Positions 28,626-32,418 of a stretch of 32,418 nt of DNA are shown here, piece by piece. The notes beneath the pieces were generated by a model. The model ran no database searches, was not told the origin of the DNA, and saw nothing but the letters and a program-made list of their open reading frames with translations. Both the position numbers and the translations under genes were made by a program. Source of the DNA: Nitrospinales bacterium (GTDB lineage: Bacteria; Nitrospinota; Nitrospinia; Nitrospinales; JAJDAT01); NCBI GenBank assembly GCA_046757665.1, contig JBHHYO010000024.1, positions 1 through 32,418 on the forward strand. Reading direction: 5' to 3'. Positions within the stretch are counted from its first letter, which is position 1. Each line of letters starts with the position of its first letter.

Positions 28626-29402
28626 TCATCGTACCCCCAGACGGTCGGCATAGGCGGCAATGGCCCGGGAATTGACGCCGATCCCCCGCTTCAGCAGGGT
28701 GGTTTGATAATTGGACATCATGCTGACCACGCCCACCAGCGACCCGTTGCAATTCACGATGGCGCCTCCCGAGTTGCCGAAGAAAATTTCGTTGTCCTTG
28801 AACACGATGAATTCGGAATCGCCCGGCGGGCCTTTTTTCTTGATTCGCGCCTTTTGGATAGAGTAGTATTTGCCGTTGGGATGGCCGACCACCATCAGGT
28901 TTTTGCTGTCTTCGTAATGCCATTCGAGTTTCAGCCAGGACGTGTAAGCGCGCCGCGTGACAATGAATGCCAGGTCCGGCCCGCGAACCCGCCGCACCTG
29001 CGCGACGGCGACGGGGATTCCGGGTTTGGCAAGCGAGTCGTCCTTCACGTCCGCAAGAAAAACGCTGGGGCGGCCGCCTTCCACCACGTGCGCGGCGGTG
29101 GCGATCAGCCGGGGGCCGATGAAAACACCGGCGCCCAAAGCTCCGCCGCTTTTGATCACCACCGTTGCCGATGCCACCGCCTTGTAAAGCCGAGCGCGGT
29201 TCCCGCAGGAGATATTTTTTCCGATAAGATGCCTCTCCAACTCGTTGGCCGGCGGATCCAGCCACAGCCGAATGGCCCGCCGAATCCTCTTGGGATACGT
29301 GCTCTCCGGATCGGAAACGGATAGTCTCTGGTTGTGCAGGGCAACGATTCCCAACACGATCAATAAAAACGTTGCGGTCTTTCGATTCTTATTTTTCAAC
29401 AT
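28626..29402 (-). CDS. Trypsin-like (S1) serine protease with an N-terminal membrane anchor and no PDZ domain
   Basis: Catalytic triad motifs TAAHV, DLA and GNSGG. ATG at 29402; the ORF-track extension to 30320 is antisense to uppP. Confidence 0.85.
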   Translation of the reverse strand: MLKNKNRKTATFLLIVLGIVALHNQRLSVSDPESTYPKRIRRAIRLWLDPPANELERHLIGKNISCGNRARLYKAVASATVVIKSGGALGAGVFIGPRLIATAAHVVEGGRPSVFLADVKDDSLAKPGIPVAVAQVRRVRGPDLAFIVTRRAYTSWLKLEWHYEDSKNLMVVGHPNGKYYSIQKARIKKKGPPGDSEFIVFKDNEIFFGNSGGAIVNCNGSLVGVVSMMSNYQTTLLKRGIGVNSRAIAAYADRLGVR

Positions 29403-29420
29403 CGGACGGACGGGGCTTTC

Positions 29421-30233
29421 ATGGAATACCTCAATATCATTATTTTGGCAGTGATTCAGGGTGTTACGGAGTTTCTTCCCGTTTCCAGTTCCGGTCACCT
29501 CATTCTTGCGCCGCTGGTTTTTAATTTTCCGGACCAGGGTCTTGCGCTGGACGCCATTCTTCATCTGGCCACCCTGCTGGCCATCCTGATATTTTTCCGT
29601 GCCGACCTGTGGAAACTGGCCGTTGCCCTGTTTACCCCCGGCGGCGACCCTGCCATGCGCCGCGTCGCCTGGAGTATTCTTCTGGCCTGTTTTCCGGCGG
29701 GCATTGCGGGGCTCCTCTGGGGCGACGTCATCGAAGCCCGGTTTCGCAATCCCAATTTGGTTGCGGTCAATATGATGGTATGGTCTTTTGTGTTCCTTGC
29801 GGCAGACCGGCGGGCCGGCCGGCAGGCAAAACCCATTGACCGGATCGAGGAGATCAGTCCGGGGAAAATCCTTTTTGTCGGCCTGGCGCAGGCCTTTGCG
29901 CTGGTGCCGGGGACGTCGCGTTCGGGCGTCACCCTGGCCGCCGGCCTGTTCGGCCAACTTTCGCAAACCACGGCCGCCCGGCTGTCTTTTCTCATGGGAG
30001 CGCCGATCATTCTCGCCGCCGGGCTTTACAAAACGGCGGCGCTCCTGACCGCGTCCGCCCCTCACGCCGCCTTCGGCCTGGGACCCATTCTTGTCGGTTT
30101 TACCGTCACGTTTCTGCTGGGTTACCTCTCCATCAACCTGTTGTTCCGGATCGTCTCCCGGGCGGGGCTTCTGCCGTTCATCGTTTATCGAATCCTGCTG
30201 TCGGTCCTTATTCTGTTTTTTTACAACGTGTAG
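29421..30233 (+). CDS. uppP: Undecaprenyl-diphosphate phosphatase
   Basis: QGVTEFLPVSSSGHL, HLATL, PGTSRSGVT and SFLMG; polytopic membrane protein. Confidence 0.95.
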   Translation: MEYLNIIILAVIQGVTEFLPVSSSGHLILAPLVFNFPDQGLALDAILHLATLLAILIFFRADLWKLAVALFTPGGDPAMRRVAWSILLACFPAGIAGLLWGDVIEARFRNPNLVAVNMMVWSFVFLAADRRAGRQAKPIDRIEEISPGKILFVGLAQAFALVPGTSRSGVTLAAGLFGQLSQTTAARLSFLMGAPIILAAGLYKTAALLTASAPHAAFGLGPILVGFTVTFLLGYLSINLLFRIVSRAGLLPFIVYRILLSVLILFFYNV

Positions 30234-30250
30234 GCCGCCGCCCGCCCAAT

Positions 30251-30286
30251 AAAAAAACCGGTTGGGAAATCCCAACCGGTTTCTTA
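30251..30286. terminator. Bidirectional intrinsic terminator
   Basis: Perfect stem AAACCGGTTGGG-aaat-CCCAACCGGTTT, with an A7 tract on the left and TTTCTT on the right, between convergent genes. Confidence 0.9.
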
Positions 30287-30316
30287 TGCTGACAGCCCCG
30301 TTATTCGGGGTTAGTG

Positions 30317-30724
30317 TCAATTGCAGACGATATCCAAATTAACCGATCCCGTATTGGTGATTCTTACTTCACCGCTGATGTCGCCGATCGAGTCGCCGCG
30401 GCTGAAGTTCGGCTGATGCACCAACGTAACGCTCTTGCGGCCCATGGTGTGTTTGTCGGACATTCCTACGCCGCCGTCTCCTTCCAGACTGTTATGCTCT
30501 GTCGGCCCCAGGGTAATGGGAACAGTTGTGAAATTGGAAGATTTCCAAACCGTGGCATTGGCATTGCTACGGTCCTTGGCGTCACTTCCGCTGGCCGTTA
30601 AAGTGATGGACTTGGCGTCATTGCAAGTTGTTTGCTGGCCCGGGGCAACTGTTCCCGCAAATGCCGAAGCAACAAAACAAAGAGCAACCAGAGTAACCAG
30701 CGCCGTTAAAATTGATTTCTTCAT
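30317..30724 (-). CDS. Hypothetical secreted protein (135 aa)
   Basis: ATG at 30724 with GGGAGG RBS. Signal peptide MKKSILTALVTLVALCFVASAFA. The mature part is Thr/Ser/Gly-rich with two Cys. Confidence 0.8.
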   Translation of the reverse strand: MKKSILTALVTLVALCFVASAFAGTVAPGQQTTCNDAKSITLTASGSDAKDRSNANATVWKSSNFTTVPITLGPTEHNSLEGDGGVGMSDKHTMGRKSVTLVHQPNFSRGDSIGDISGEVRITNTGSVNLDIVCN

Positions 30725-30877
30725 GGAATTGTCCTCCCTTAAAAGAAACATTTTTTAATAAAGCACTTGCAACAATGAAAATCAGGCAATCCAGCTTAAC
30801 GAATCTTTTCCTGAAGCGGAGTCGTCAACCCCAAGACCGCCTGGGAAAAATCCGGGTATTCTTCCAATTATTTAATT

Positions 30878-30905
30878 AGTATACCCATGGAGCAAGGCAT
30901 GTCAA
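30878..30905 (-). promoter_or_regulatory. Near-consensus sigma70 promoter
   Basis: TTGACA (30905-30900), a 16-nt spacer, then TATACT (30883-30878), with AT-rich sequence upstream. Confidence 0.7.
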
Positions 30906-30981
30906 CCGGTTAATTTTCCCCTGAATAATTGTCCGAATCCAAGGCCGGTCCATCGGCTTTCCGTAACGCAGTCGCGGCGGT

Positions 30982-32331
30982 TCACGACGCCATTTCCTCG
31001 TCTTCCAGGACGGCGTTTCGCGGGATCGTCAGCGGTTTGCCGCGTCCGGCAATCGTGACCCGGCCCTTCAAGGCCACCCCCTCCTCAAACCGGACATCGC
31101 CCTCCAGCGCCAGCGATTCCAGCTCGACCAGGCTGGGCGGCGACGGAATGCGCTTCTGGTACTCGTCCAGGCGCGTGAACGGCGGGCCGAACGCGATCTG
31201 CGGCAGGCCGGCCAGCCGCCGCGCCGGATTGCGCGACAGACTGCCCCGATGCAAAATAAACAGATCCGACTGCACCAGCAACAGGTCGTCGGTTTTTTTG
31301 ACCGGCAGGTGGCGCGACCGGGGAACGTTCAGCCCCAGCGAGCCGGGGAAATTGCCGATGGCCGCCCCCATGGCGGTTTCCAACTGGATCACCTCCGTTT
31401 CCTGCACGGTTTTCGGATTAACAATGACCGGCAGGTCCATCGGCCCCCGCTCCAGGCTTTCCCGCAGTCGGACGAGGTTGATCCAGAGGTTGTTGGTGTT
31501 GAACGTCCGGAACTTTTGCGTACCGCCGAAATCGCCCCGGTGCTCCGGTGGAACCTGCGCGACCTCCAGCAGATGCAGGCGGCCGTTGGCCTGGTACAGC
31601 GCGCCGCCCTTCACGTCGGCGGCGGTTTTTTGCGTGACTTCCATCAGAAAAGGACAGTCGCCGTCCGCCATGTAAGACAGAATCCGCTCGTCCACCGTGG
31701 CCCCCAGGTTGTCGGCGTTGGAGATGAACAGGATCTTCAAGCCCCGGTCGAGCCAGCGGTCGAGCAGTCCCTGCTGGTGGACGCAGGCGTAAAAATCACC
31801 GTGGCCCGGAGGATACCATGCCGCGTCGCCGAACCGCTTCTCGTCGAGCGGCAGGGCGGAGCCCTTTTCGAGGCGCGGAAACCGGTTTTGCCGGAACGTC
31901 TCGATGTCCAGCCGGCCCCGGTATTTCCCGATGTCCGTCGCCGCGTGCGTATAAAAACTGTTCATCAACACCAGCGGCACATGCGTTCCATGCTCGCCGT
32001 TGAGTTGGCAAATCTGCTCGACGATCAAGTCCAGAAACGACAAGCCGTCGCGCACCACGACCGCCGACTTCGGCCCGGAACAACCCATCGACGTGCCCAG
32101 CCCGCCGTTCAGCTTGCAGACCACCAGTTTGCCCAGTGCCCGTTGCACTTGCGCCCGGTCGGGCGCCGGCAACGAGTCGTAATGCGGCAGTTTGTCCGGA
32201 TGCGGGCCGAGAATCGACGGCCAGTTGGAAATCACCGCCGGCCCGCGGCGCGATTTCTCATAAAGCGCCAGAAAACCGTCCAGCGCCAGCGCCGGCATTT
32301 TCGCCCGTAACAGGTCTCTCAGAGTCTCCAT
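30982..32331 (-). CDS. UTP--glucose-1-phosphate uridylyltransferase, eukaryote-type (UGPase-A, not GalU)
   Basis: KLNGGLGTSMGCSGPKS, LMNSFYT, WYPPGHGD, SNADNLGA, DVKGG, FNTNNLW, QLETAMG, VPRSRHLPVK and a C-terminal beta-helix segment. ATG at 32331 preferred. Confidence 0.92.
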   Translation of the reverse strand: METLRDLLRAKMPALALDGFLALYEKSRRGPAVISNWPSILGPHPDKLPHYDSLPAPDRAQVQRALGKLVVCKLNGGLGTSMGCSGPKSAVVVRDGLSFLDLIVEQICQLNGEHGTHVPLVLMNSFYTHAATDIGKYRGRLDIETFRQNRFPRLEKGSALPLDEKRFGDAAWYPPGHGDFYACVHQQGLLDRWLDRGLKILFISNADNLGATVDERILSYMADGDCPFLMEVTQKTAADVKGGALYQANGRLHLLEVAQVPPEHRGDFGGTQKFRTFNTNNLWINLVRLRESLERGPMDLPVIVNPKTVQETEVIQLETAMGAAIGNFPGSLGLNVPRSRHLPVKKTDDLLLVQSDLFILHRGSLSRNPARRLAGLPQIAFGPPFTRLDEYQKRIPSPPSLVELESLALEGDVRFEEGVALKGRVTIAGRGKPLTIPRNAVLEDEEMAS

Positions 32332-32418
32332 GGAGGCACATTCTACCGCAAAGCCGCGGAAGGCGCAAAAAACCATACCTGACCGCGCCTGTCATGGTCA
32401 TCCAGCCCCCGATTGCGC

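Noticed and set aside
28626..30320. 564-aa ORF in the track
   Set aside because: The first ~306 codons are the antisense shadow of uppP. Only the part from ATG 29402 has protease motifs.
30290..30322. TGA followed by a hairpin (reading C-N-TGA-CAC-TAA) as a selenocysteine/SECIS signal
   Set aside because: The apical loop (AAUAA) lacks the typical G/GU and lies close to the UGA, and readthrough would add only two residues. A 3' stabilising hairpin is the simpler explanation.
1..32418. CRISPR arrays, tRNA/rRNA genes, IS elements, prophage
   Set aside because: Intergenic gaps are short. I saw no spaced direct repeats, cloverleafs, transposases, integrases or phage genes by eye.

Overview
A gene-dense bacterial chromosomal segment of moderately high GC, mostly housekeeping. 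Its style suggests a Nitrospina-like lineage, but that is unverified inference. In order: an SLC13/DASS transporter; a hicB-hicA pair; a minus-strand operon of radical SAM/twitch enzyme, GT2 glycosyltransferase and B12-dependent radical SAM enzyme; leuC and leuD, split by an inverted DUF4258/DUF2283 toxin-antitoxin-like cassette whose DUF2283 gene is frameshifted and missing from the ORF track; an exported FGE-fold protein, an exported His-rich leucine-rich-repeat protein and a VOC protein; two DUF218/YdcF genes; moaC-moaD-moaE (MoaD ends GG-SR); an AddB-like/AddA-like helicase-nuclease pair; an orphan secreted protein and a CheY-like receiver; a long minus-strand run alaC-hom-thrC-FGE-trxB-clpB; a trypsin-like protease head-to-head with uppP; a small secreted orphan protein with strong expression signals; and a eukaryote-type UDP-glucose pyrophosphorylase. 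I saw no rRNA, tRNA, CRISPR array, integrase or transposase. The best candidates for new biology are the radical SAM-GT2-B12 radical SAM operon, the His-rich exported LRR locus, the capped MoaD, the orphan secreted protein at 30317-30724, and the concentration of plant/eukaryote-type core enzymes. Family calls rest on motifs recognised by eye; no searches were run.
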